Below, piece by piece: positions 52,302 through 63,825 of a stretch of 64,000 nucleotides of DNA. A program made the translations under genes and the position numbers. How positions within the stretch are numbered: position 1 is the stretch's first letter; each line of letters begins with the position of its first letter. The stretch is taken from contig NC_086107.1 in NCBI RefSeq assembly GCF_963921235.1, positions 46,438,001 through 46,502,000 on the forward strand, given 5' to 3'. The stretch is from Mobula hypostoma. Taxonomy: Eukaryota. Below the pieces are notes generated by a model. The model saw only the letters and a list, made by a program, of their open reading frames with translations. It had not been told where the DNA came from and made no database searches.

Positions 52302-54124
52302 GTAATATGTTTGTTGGGACAAACAAAGAATTGTTGAAAAATTCATGATTTTTGCTTGCATTGCAGTTTCTGTAGATTACAGATGATTATCTTAAAGTTA
52401 ATTCTGTGAATAGTGTCACCATTATTCAGTAACCAGCACACCCATCAGATTGTATAAGTATTCAACATTCCTACCAGCACTAAGTTTACATGTTATTTGA
52501 GAGCTTTGCACACCATGGATGTAAACATGCAAAATCTGTCTCATCATAGCAATCCATGTTCACTCTCTCACAGGTTCCTCACATATCCTTTCTTAGATTT
52601 CAGATCCGAATGCACAAAGCACAGTAAGAAAACCAGCCAAAGCTGGAGATAAGTTAAGGCACAAATTTTATGAAAAGAAAGCAGAAAAAATGCGCGCATT
52701 TACAGTATTTTGTCTGCTTATTTTTCTTGCAATTGCATAATACCTAAAGTAATTGATGCGACAATTAATTCTTGTTCCTCTACTGTGGCCTGCAAATTCT
52801 TTAACCCAAGCAATTTTCTAAAGATATTGCCTGCTTAACACCTGGAGAATTCAGAACTCCATTCCATAGCAAAATTGAATAATCTACATTGCACTAGATT
52901 ATCTGAAGATGATTCCTTGAATCTGGTCCAGTCCACTGATTAAAAGCAGTCATGTAAATAATCCTCATCCTGCCTTGATCATATATTCATGGCGCTTGCT
53001 ACTGGGGCAGCACTCTTTAGTCTCTGACTATACTCTGCAATACAACAGAAATGCATGAAATCACAACAGACAAACAGCTGTTTAGAAAGTGTTAGAAATG
53101 TCAGGCCTCTGTCAATGCAGTCATCGATACAAATTAGCGGTTTTCTTCCAGCTTCTGTAAATTGCATGTGTTTGTCATCTCTTAACTCCTGTGAATGTTA
53201 TCAGCATAATTCACTTGCCATCACACACTGGGAATATTTCCCTAAATTCCTCAATGAAAATATCCTTATATTGATGATATTTTTGAATTGGATCAGAAGA
53301 AGAAATTGAACCAAATGGACATGCAAATGAGTTAAGGGATGAAAGTAAGGAAAATCCGGAAAAATGTGCCGGAATATTGTTCAGAATTGCAAGACTTCTT
53401 TTGCAAACAAAGTGAGATTCACTTTTCATTAATCCCTTCAAAATTTCAGCAGACATTGCCTGCTTAATGTCTGGGAAATTACTGAAGATACTGTATAAAT
53501 TCCATCTGCCAACCTCTCTGGGGTAAAGTAGATTGCTGAAATTTGCAACAGGAATTGAGGCACGTGTCTCTTTTCTACAGTCCTGCATTTCATAGACATG
53601 ACCATGCCAAATTAGTGTTACTGGACTAGAATTAGTCCACAATTCCTACATTTGTAAAGTATCTGATATTTTGCTTTGGAACCGACACATTCAAATTCAG
53701 TTGTGGCTACACGTTTTTATATGTGGTAAAATGCTGGCTATCAACCACTGTTCTGTCACTTTTACTGATGAAGATAAAAGAGAACGGGAGGAGCCGCCTA
53801 ATCAGGATTCAGGAGAAAATAAAGGTAATATGTTTGTTGGGACACAGAGAATTTTTGAAAATGTCATGATTTTTGCTTGCACTGCAGTTTCTGTAGATTA
53901 CAGATGATTATCTTGTAGTTAATTCTGTGAATAGTGTTACCATTATTCAGTAACCAGCACACCCATCAGATTGTATAAATATTCAACTTTCCTACCAGCA
54001 CTGAGTTAACATGTTATTTGAGAGCTTTGTACACCATGGATGTAAACATGCAAAATCTGTCTCATCATAACAATCCATGTTCACTATATCACAGGTTCCT
54101 CACATATCCTTTCTTTGATTTCAG

Positions 54125-54169
54125 ATCCGAATGCACAAAGCACAATAAGAAAACCAGCCAATGCTGCAG
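54125..54169 (+). CDS. E45 copy (intact)
   Basis: AG and CAG|gtaagt, 45 nt, open. Confidence 0.55.
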
Positions 54170-55327
54170 GTAAGTTAAGGCACAAATTTTATGAAAAGAA
54201 AGCAGAAAAAATGCACGGATTTACAGTATTTTGTCTGTTTCTTTTTCTTGCAATTGCATAATACCTAAAGTAGTTGAAGCGACAATTAATTGTTGTTCCT
54301 CTACTGTGGCCTGCAATTTCTTTATTCCAAGCAATTTTCTGAAGATATTGCCTGCTTAACGCCTGGAAAATTCAGAATTCCATTCCATAGCAAGGTTGAA
54401 TAATCGACATTACACCAGATTATCTGAAGATCATTCCTTGAATACGGTCCAGTCCACTGATTAAAAGCAGTCATGTAAATAATCCTCACCCTGCCTTGAT
54501 CATATATTCATAGCGCTTGCTACTGGGGCAGCACTCTTTATTCTCTGACTATACTCTGCAATACAACAGAAATGCATGAAATCACAACAGACAAACAGCT
54601 GTTTAGAAAGTGTTAGAAATGTCATGCCTCTGTCAATGTTGTCATCGATACAAATTAGCGGTTTTCTTCCAGTTTCTGTCAATTGCTTGTGATCGTCATC
54701 TCTTAATTCCAGTGAATGTAATCAGCATAATTCACTTACCATCACACACTGGGAATATTTCCCTAAATTCCTCAAAGAAAATATCCTCATATTGATGACA
54801 GTTTCGAATGGAACAGAAGAAGAAATTGAACCATATGCACATGCAAATGAGCTAAGGATTTAAAGTAAGGAAAATCTTGAAAAAGCTGCGGGAATTTTTT
54901 TTTACAATTGCAAGGCTTCTGTTGCAAACAAAGTGAGATTCACTCTTCACTAATCCCTTAAAAATTCCTGCAGACATTGCCTGCTTAACGTCTGGGAAAT
55001 TACTGAAGATACTGTATACATTCCATCTGCCAGTTTCTCTGGGGCAAAGTAGATTGATGAAATTTGCAACAGGACTTGAGTCACGTGTCTCTATTCTACA
55101 GATTCGCATTTCATAGATAGGACCATGCCTAATTAGTGTAACTGGACTCGAATTATTCTACAATTCCTCTATTTTAAAAGTATCTGGAATTTTCCTTTGG
55201 AACCAAAACATTCAAGTTCAGTTGTTGCTATGTTTTTACGTGTGGTTAAATTCTGGCTTTGAATCTCTCTTGTTTCATTTTTACATTGCCTGAATTAATA
55301 TAAACACATTTCCTTTATTTGATTCAG

Positions 55328-55405
55328 AGGTCACCCAGGCAAAGCCTGATGAACCTGAAATGTAAGAAGAGCAGCCGAGTAATCAGAGTTCAGGAGAAAA
55401 TGAAG
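55328..55405 (+). pseudogene. Dead E78 copy
   Basis: In-frame TAA, and the donor GT is changed to AT. Confidence 0.7.
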
Positions 55406-56009
55406 ATAATATGTTTGTTGGGACACACAGAGAACTGTTGAAAACTTCATGAAGTTTTGCTTGCATTGCAGTTTCTGTAGATTACAGATGATTATCTTGT
55501 AGTTAATTCTGTGAATAGTGTCACCATTATTCAGTAACCAGCACAGCTAGAAGATTGTTTAAATATTCAACTCTCCCACCAGCACTGAGTTTACATGTTA
55601 TTTGGGAACATTCATGCCTCTATTCCAATAGCAGTGTTGAACAATCTATATTCCACCAGATTATCTGAAGATGATTCCTTGAAGATGGTCTAGCCGACTA
55701 ATTGAAAGCAGTCATGACTCTATTCCAATAGTAACGTTGAACCATCTGTACTACTGCTGGTATGTTCAACTTTGCTACTGGACTGGAGGCATCAGTCTGT
55801 TCTGTCCATCTCTGGGAACTGTGGATGGAACATGACAAATTGGTGTTACCACCACTATCAGACCAGAGTTATTCCCCAATTCTTCAAATACAAAACTGTG
55901 TAGAATTTTGTTTTGTAACCTGCACATTCAAGGCATAAAACAACAAATCCTGAAGCCTTCCTTATCATTTTGGGGGATTTTAACCTGGCCTCCTTGAAGA
56001 CGTCTCTAA

Positions 56010-57290
56010 ATAATTATTACCAATAAATCACTTGCCACCCCATGTCCACAATGACCTGGACCCACTGCAATTTGCCTATTGCTGCAATAGATCTATGGTA
56101 GATGCAATCTCATTGGTTCTTCATGTGGCCTTGGATCAGCTGGAGAATACAAATACTTGTGTCAAGATGCTGTTTATTAACTACAGCTCTGTGTTTAACA
56201 CAATTGTTACTACAGTTCTGATGAAAAAGCTCCAGAACTTGAGCCTCTGTTCCTCCCTCTGCAACTGGATCCATGACTTCCTAACAGAGTGACCACAGTC
56301 TGTGCAGGTCAGAAACAACATCTCCACTTCGCTGACAATCAACACTGGCGCATCTCGGTGATGCATGTTTAATTCACTGCTCTACTCTCTCTCTATGCCA
56401 TTGACTGTGTGGCTAGGTACAGCACAAATGTCATCTATAAATTTGATGATGATACAAGTATTGTTGGCAGAATTTCAGATGGTAACCCAAGGGTGTACAG
56501 GAGTGAGATACATCAGCTAGTTGAGGGCTGTTGTAGGAACAACCTTGCACTCAGTGTCAGTAAGCTGGATGTGGACTTCAGAAAAGGTAAGACTAGGGAA
56601 CACACACCAGTCCTCATAGAGGGATCAGAAGCGAAAAGAGTGAGAAGATTCAAGTTCCTGGGTGTCAATATCTCTGAAGATCGATCTCTGACCCAACATA
56701 TCAATGCAGATACAAAGAAGGCACGACTGCAACTATAATTAATTAGGGGTTTGAGGAGATTTGGTATGTCACTAACCACGCTCGCAAATTTCTACATATG
56801 TACCATGGAGAGCATTCTAACTCACTGCATCACTGTCTGGTTTGGGTGGTGGGCTACTGCACAGGATCGAAATGAACTGAAGAGAATTGTAAACTAGGTT
56901 AGCTCCATCATGGGCACTAGCCTCCATAGTATCCATGATATCTTCAAGGAGCAGTACCACAAAAAAGTCAGCATCCACCATTAAGGACCCGTATCACCCA
57001 GTTCATGGCTTATTCTCATTGCCACCATCAGGAAGGAGTACAGAATTGAGAAGGCAAACACTCAAATATTCAGGATCAGCTTCTTCCCCTCTGCCATCTG
57101 ATGGACATTGAAACTATCAACACTACCTCACTGCTTTTTTTATTTCAATTTTTGCACTACTTATTTAACTATTTTATATATATGTAAATACTGTACTTAC
57201 TGTAATTAATGGCTTTTTCTATTATTATGTATTGCATTGCAAATACAACATATTTCATGACTAATGCTGGTGATATTAAACCTGATTCTA
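56010..57290 (+). mobile_element. Rex/L2-type LINE RT fragment + 3' UTR
   Basis: DLDPLQFAY..RSMVDAISLVLH..MLFINYSSVFNTI and YKFDDDTSIVGRI. Confidence 0.9.
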
Positions 57291-57849
57291 ATCCTGAAGC
57301 TCAGCTGTTGCCACATGACTTTTCCATTTCTGAGTCTGTGGCTACGAATCATTATTGTTCCAATTCACATTGCGGAGCTGGCAGAGACACATTTTCGACT
57401 GTGTGAGCAGCCTAGGAATGCTAATTCTGAAGTCTAACAAACATTTGACTCGAATCAGATACTAGATCAGTAGAAAGTTTTATGTTTGATGTGCTGTGTC
57501 TGAATGAAAGAAAGGTCTGGGTAATTAGTTCAACAGTGAGATGCAGATCTTCAGGCAAGTTAATGATTGACTTTTGTGTTGTCAAATTGGTGGCGGAGTC
57601 TGCAAGTATACATGACTCGTAATCAAGCTTCACTGAAAGTGCTGCTACATCTTGTCTCAAGCTGTGTTGTCATTTTACACCTGAGAGATGTGAAATCCCT
57701 TACATCCCCTTTTCTGAATACAGTGCCAAATTCGGATGTCACCCCAACAAAGCCTAAAGAACATGAAAGGGAAGAAAAGAAGTTTCATGAAATTTGCTTG
57801 CATTGCAGTTTCTGTAGATTCCACATGATTATCTTCTAGTTAATTCCTG

Positions 57850-58059
57850 TAACCTCTAATCACAGCGCTAAGCGGTATTGCATCCGTATTGTACTGTCTC
57901 AGTACTTTTTTATTTGTGTTCTGTAGCACTTTCTTTATTCGCTGTTATTTTGTAAATAACACTATTCTTTGCATTTCTGGTCAGATGCTAAATGCATTTC
58001 GTTGGCTTTGTATCTGTACTCGGTACAATGACAATAAAGTTGAATCTAATCTAATCTAA
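57850..58059 (+). mobile_element. LINE 3' end with (TCTAA)n tail
   Basis: aataaagttgaatctaatctaatctaa; same family as 37261-37475. Confidence 0.75.
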
Positions 58060-58896
58060 ATGCTGTCAATGCTATTCAGTAACTTGCACACCCAGTGGGT
58101 TGTTTGAGCATTCAACTTTCCTACCAGCACTTGAGTTTACATGTTATTTGAGAGCATTGTACATCATGGATGTAAACATGTAAAGTCTGTGTCACCATCT
58201 TTCTTAATCCCTGGAAAATTTCTGCAGCTATTGGCTGCTTAACCCTTGGAAAATTCTTGGGAGATACTGTACACCTTTCACCTAGTGGAATGTAGATTGT
58301 TCAACTTTGCTACTGGGATTGAGGCATGAGTCTCTTCTGTACATCTCTGTGCATCGTAGATGGGAACAAGCCAAATTAATGTCATCACCATTATCAGACT
58401 TGAACTATTCCCCAATTCCTTAAAATCAATAATTTGTGGAATTTTGATTTGGAACCCATTTATTCAAGGTCTGTTCCTGCCACGTGATTTCATCTTCAGA
58501 GGATCTGTGACTATCAACCACAGCATTATTGTTTCAATTTTATATTCTTTAAATTGACGGAGACACATTTTGGCCAGAAGCCCAGGAATGTTCATTTTGA
58601 AGTCTACCAAGCATTTGGCTTGCATCAGAAGCTGGATCAGTGGAAAGATTTATGTCCAATGTGCTGTGAAGGACATCTAACTGAGGTAAAGAGTGGGTAA
58701 TTTGTGCCACAGTGAGATGCAGGTCTTCCGGCAAATTAATGTTTCCCTACTGTTTTGTCAAAATGACCAAGGATTCTGCAGGAATTCAAGACTCATCATC
58801 CAGCAGTTCAGAATGGTTTGCCACATTTTATCTGAGGTGTGTTGACATTTTACATCTGAGAGAACTTCCTTTGTTTGAATACAACACCCAATTCAG

Positions 58897-58974
58897 ATGT
58901 CACCCCAGCAAAGCATGGTGAACATGAAAAGGAAGAAGAGAAGTTAGTTAATCAAAATACAGGAGAGAGTGAAG
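58897..58974 (+). CDS. Diverged but intact E78-family exon (DVTPAKHGEHEKEEEKLVNQNTGESE)
   Basis: attcag acceptor, exactly 78 nt, AAG|gtaata donor, open frame, although the flanks are strongly diverged from the array. Confidence 0.65.
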
Positions 58975-59329
58975 GTAATAGATCTGGTGGAACACACAGA
59001 GAATTGCTTAAAGCTTCATGAGATTTGCTTCCCAATAGTTAATTCCTGTGATATCTACATAACTCAGTTACCACCACACCCAGGGGATTTTGGATTATTC
59101 ACCTTCCCTACCAGGACTTGATAACGCATGTCATTTGAAACCATTGTACATTATGTGAAGTCAGCATCACCACCATAATCCATTAAAGGTTGTACCATAT
59201 TAAATTCTTTGATTGCAGAGACATTTGCTTTCAAGTATGAATAAAATCTGGGAAAAATGCAAGATAAAGGATAGAAACTTGTTTGGATATATTTAAATAT
59301 AACAAAATCTAAAATGGCAGAGAAGAATG

Positions 59330-59720
59330 AGGCTCACACTTTCTTCTTATCCCAACTGCTTCTAGTTTCACCTACCCATCATTTCACTATTTCTGGTTAT
59401 TTTTAATCACCTTTCATCCTTTTTGTCTGCCTTCTTCCTCTCCTCACCCTCACCTGTCTTTGTCCTCCCTTTTCCCCCTCAGCTGCTTCCACCCATTATC
59501 CGTCAGCCTCTCTCATTCTCTTCTCCCATCAGCCCCCACCTCACCTGGTTCCACCTATCAGATTCCACCCCTGTCACACCACCACCTCCTTATATTGGCT
59601 ACCTTCCCTCTCTACTCTCTGTCGTGATGATGGGTCATGACCCTAAATGTCAATCAGCCCTCTGCCTCCTCAGGTGGTGCTTGATCAGCTGAGTTTCTCC
59701 AACGATTTGTCTTCTTTCTA
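59330..59720 (+). mobile_element. Penelope-like terminal fragment (degenerate)
   Basis: Pyrimidine-rich tract, then gatgatgggtcatgaccctaaatgtc and gctgagtttctccaac, as in the other copies. Confidence 0.55.
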
Positions 59721-59723
59721 CAT

Positions 59724-59804
59724 CAGGGGCTCCCAACTTGGGGTCCATGGACCTATTGCTTAATGATATTGGTCTATGACATAAAAAAATGTTGGGAGCC
59801 TCTC
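59724..59804. mobile_element. 81-bp hAT-type mini-MITE
   Basis: TIRs caggggctcccaac / gttgggagcctctc; flanks ttctacat / ttctatat (7/8 TSD match). Confidence 0.7.
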
Positions 59805-59819
59805 TTCTATATGTACCTT

Positions 59820-60670
59820 AGAAAGGCCTTTGATAAGGCCCCACATGGTGAGCTGATCCAGAAGGTCAGAACACATAGGATCCAGTGATGGATAGTAAAT
59901 TGTATACAATACTGGCTTGGTGGTAGAAGGCAAAGATGGTGGTGAAGGTTTGTTTTTCACATTGGATGCCTGAAGTGGTGTTCTGTAGCCAGTGTTCAGT
60001 GCAAGTTCCATTAACATTTTGCATATAATTTAATAATGTATGATCATGAATGTCAGTGGTACGATTAGTAACTTTGCAGATTATGTCAAAATTAGTGCTA
60101 TAGCAGGCAGTCCAGGAGATTGCCTCAGATTGCAACAGGATTTAGATCCACTGTGAAAGTGAGAAAGGAATAGCTAATTGAACTTAGGTAAGCATGAAGT
60201 GATGCATTTGGGAAGTTAACACAGGCCAGGGCATGCACAGGGCACTGGGGAATATAAATGAACAGCAAGACTCTGGGGTACAAGCACACGATGCCTTGAA
60301 ACTGGTAAAACAAGTACATCATAGAGTTGTAAAGAAGGCATTTGTCTTCAAGAGCTGAAGCATTGTGTACAGGGGATGGGATGTCATGTTAAAATTTACA
60401 AATTGTTGGTTCAGCTACACTTGGAATACAAATGTGCAGTTCTGTTCGCCACACTATAGGAAGCATGTGATTAAGCTGGACAGGGCACAGGAAAGAGTCA
60501 CAGGACTGTGCCTGGATTTGGAGGGGTGAGGTTATCAGGAGAATCTGGATATCGAGGGGCTGCTTTCCCTGGAGAGATGGAGGCTGAGAAGTGACCTAAT
60601 GGAAGTCTGTAAAATTATGAGGGGCATAGATAAGGTAGGTAGTGACTGTCCTTCTCCTGGGTAAGGATGT
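59820..60670 (+). mobile_element. CR1-type LINE RT fragment, degenerate
   Basis: AFDKAPHG-like start and ghleykcavlf..LDRAQERVT-like end, with many stops. Confidence 0.75.
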
Positions 60671-60689
60671 TTAAAACAAGAGGACATGG

Positions 60690-61420
60690 GTGTATGATGA
60701 GTGTTGATTCCTGTGATATGACTGAGTGTGAGGAGGGTAGTGAGATCCAAGAGACAATGCTGGAGGAGCCTCAGCCCTTGAGCTTGTCCAACAGGTCTGA
60801 GGTGTTTGCTCCCTGTGCGGATGACGGTGGGGGCAGTGGGAAGGGTGAGCAACCTAACTGTGGCACCGTAGTTCAGGGAGCATTCAAGAGGGGGGAAAGA
60901 AGGAAAATAGAGTGGTAATTGGGGATAGTGTAGTCAGGGGAATAGACAGAGTTCTCTGTCGCAAGGATAGAGCATCCCGAAGGCTGTGTTGCCTACCTGG
61001 TGCCCGGATTCAGGACATTTTATCTGACCTGCAGAGGAGTTTATGGTGGGAGGGGAAAGATCCAGTTGTCATGGTCCATATGGGTATCAATGACACAGGT
61101 AGAATGAGGAAAGAGGTTCTGCTGAGTGAACTTGAGCGGCTGGGGACTAAATTTAAAAGGCAGAACCAAAACGCTTGTAATCTCTGGATTATTACATGAG
61201 CCACATGCAAATTGGCAGAGGGTCAAGAAGGTTAGAGAGTTGAAAGCATGGCTCAAGGATTGGTGTTGGAGAAGTGGGTTTGAATTCATGGGAAATTGGC
61301 ACCAGTATTGGGGAAGGAGGGAGCTGTACCAATGGGACGGGCTCCAGCTGAACCGTGATGGGACCTGGATCCTAGTGAATTGCAAAACTGGGGCTGTGGA
61401 TACGGCTTTAAACTGAATAG
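60690..61420 (+). mobile_element. CR1 ORF1 (SGNH esterase) fragment
   Basis: VIGDSVVRG..CLPGARIQD..VMVHMGINDTG; DGLQLNRDG. Confidence 0.85.
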
Positions 61421-61469
61421 TAGCAGGGTGGGTTCAACAGATTGGTGAAGTATGGATAAAGTAAAAAAG

Positions 61470-62335
61470 AAAAGTGTCGACCCCAATTGGATTACTGTGC
61501 TCAATTCTGGTCGCCTCACTACAGGAAGGATGTGGAAACCATAGAAAGCGTGCAGAGGAGATTTACAAGGATGTTGCCTGGATTGGGGAGCATGCCTGAT
61601 GAGAATAGGTTGAGTGAACTCTGACTTTTCTCGTTGGAGCGACGGAGGATGAGAGGTGACCTGATAGAGGTGTACAAGATAATGAGAGGCATAGATAGAG
61701 TGGACAGCCAGCGCCTTTTCCCCAGGGCACCACTGCTCAATACAAGAGGACATGGCTTTAAGGTAAGGGGTGGGAAGTTCAAGGGGGATATTAGAGGAAT
61801 GTTTTTTACTCAGAGAGTGGTTGGTGCTTGGAATGCACTGCCTGAGTCAGTGATGGAGGTAGATACACTAGTGAAATTTAAGAGACTACTAGACAGGTAT
61901 ATGGAGGAATTTAAGGTCGGGGGTGATATGGGGGGCAGGGTTTACGGGTCGGCACAATATTGTGGGCAGAAGGGCCTGTACTGTGCTGTACTGTTCTATG
62001 TTCTATGTTCATTGATCGTGTGGATAGTCAGAGGCTTTTTCCCCAGGGCTGAAATGGCTAGCACGAGAGCATAATTTGAAGGTGCTTGGAAGTAGGTACA
62101 GAGCAGATGTCAGGGTTAAGTTTTTTACGCAGAGTGGTGAGTGCATGGAATGGGCTGCCGGCGGCAGTGGTGAAGGCGGAAAAAACAGGGTCTTTTAAGA
62201 GACTGCTGGATGGATACATGGAGCTTAGAAAAATAGAGGGCTATGGGTAAGCCTAGGTAGTTATAAGATGAGGACATGTTTGGCACAGCTTTGGGCCGCA
62301 GGGCCTGTATTGTGCTGTAGGTTTTCTATGTTTCT
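61470..62335 (+). mobile_element. Two consecutive CR1 3' ends with (GTTCTAT)n-like tails
   Basis: ORF ERRRMRGDLIEVYKIMRG..FFTQRVVGAWNALP; tails at about 61990-62010 and 62320-62335. Confidence 0.85.
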
Positions 62336-62419
62336 ACAAAGATAAAGAAAAAACAAAAGATAAAAAAAAGTAAGAGTATAGTGAAGAAAAGTCAAAAGCA
62401 AAAGAATAAAAGATTACAG

Positions 62420-63825
62420 ATTTTAAAAGGACAATGAGTACAAGTGCACTTTATTTGAATGCCATAGCATTCTAAACAAGGTGAATGAACTTGTGGCTCA
62501 AATCAGTGCAAAGAGGTAAGATTCAGTGGCCATTACGGAGACGTGGTTGCAGGGTGGAGAGGATGTGGAATTAAATATCCAAGGATATCAGGTAATGCAG
62601 AAGGATAGGCAGGAAGGTAAGGGAGTTGGGGTGGCGCTCTTAATTAAAGATGAGATCAAGGGGATAGTGAGAGACAATATAAGATATAAGGAGCAGAATG
62701 ATGAATCCATCTGGTTAGAGGTTAGGAATAATAAAAGAAAAAAAATCACTGGCGGGAATTGCTGGTGAACACAGCAGGCCAGGCAGCATCTCTAGGAACA
62801 GGTACAGTCGACATTTCGGGCCAAGACTCTTGTCCTGACAAAGGGTCTCAGCCCAAAACGTCGACTGTACCTCTTCCTGGAGATGCTGCCTGGCCTGCTG
62901 CGTTCACCAGCAACTTTGATGTGTGTTGCTTGAATTTCCAGCATCTGCAGAATTCCTCGTGTTTACTGGTGCGAGTTGACTATTGGCTACCAAATAATAA
63001 CATCACAGTACACAGGCAAAAGAGAGAGAAATATCTGAGGCATGTAAGAATGGAACACCAGTTATCATGGGGGACTTTAACTTGCACAGAGAATGGGTGA
63101 ATCAAGTTGGTCGAGGCAGTCTTGAGGGGGACTTCATAGAATGCATCTGTGATGGCCTTCTTGAACAGCATGTTACTGAACCGACAAGGGGACATCCTAT
63201 CTTAGATCTGGTCCTGTGCAATGAGGCAGGTAGAATTAGTGATCTTGTAGATAGGGATCCTCTTGGAAAGAGTGATCATAGCATGACTGAGTTTCTCATA
63301 AAAATAGAGGGTGCAATAATTCAATCTAAAACCACTGTATTGTGCCTAAACAATGGAGACTACAATGGGATGAAGGAGGATTAGGCAAGTGTAGACTGGG
63401 AACACGGGCTACATATGAGACAGTTGAGGAAGACTTCCAAAGATATTTTTCACAGTGCTCAACAAAAGTATGTTCCAGTTAAAAGCAAGGACAGTAAGGG
63501 TGGGGAGACCCAGCCTTGGATAACTAAGGAACTTAAAGAAGGCATCAAACTAAAAGCTCATGCATACAAAGTCGCCAAGAATAGTGGGAAACTGGAAGAT
63601 TGGGAAAACTCTAAAAAGCAACAAAGTACCACTGTGTGAGCAATAAAGAAAAGGAAGCTAGATTATGAAAATAAACTAGCACAAACTATAAAAATGGATA
63701 GTAAAAAATTTTATAATAATATAAATTGGAAAAGGGTAGCTAAAGTGTATGTAGGTCCCTTGGAGGATGAGAAGGAGGAATTGATACTGGGATATGAGCA
63801 AATGGCCGAGGCTTTGAATGAAGCA
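62420..63825 (+). mobile_element. CR1 APE endonuclease region, degenerate, interrupted by a Penelope insert
   Basis: AITETWLQ, MGDFNLH..WVNQ, ILDLVLCN..SDHSM. Confidence 0.88.
62759..62965. mobile_element. Palindromic Penelope-terminus insertion
   Basis: 62759-62831 is an inverted repeat of 62841-62913 with a 9-nt spacer. Confidence 0.8.

Larger units (their letters stand above)
37470..55720 (+). repeat. Tandem array 2 of the ~1.59-kb exon-bearing unit (about 10 units, higher-order structure)
   Basis: Marker spacings 1595, 1585, 1585, 1585, 1531, 1585, 1585 between 42160 and 53211; first unit interrupted by a hAT element. Confidence 0.95.

Noticed and set aside
28405-54682. Recurrent 60-146 aa minus-strand ORFs in the arrays (MQFTEAGRK.., MWTNSS.., MQQKPC..)
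   Set aside because: They recur only because the DNA is repeated, change frame between copies and resemble no domain I recognise. The plus strand explains the unit with consensus splice sites and frame-preserving exons.
27141-55720. CRISPR-like or satellite interpretation of the arrays
   Set aside because: Eukaryotic context, 1.6-kb units with no repeat-spacer structure, and embedded spliceosomal exon signals.
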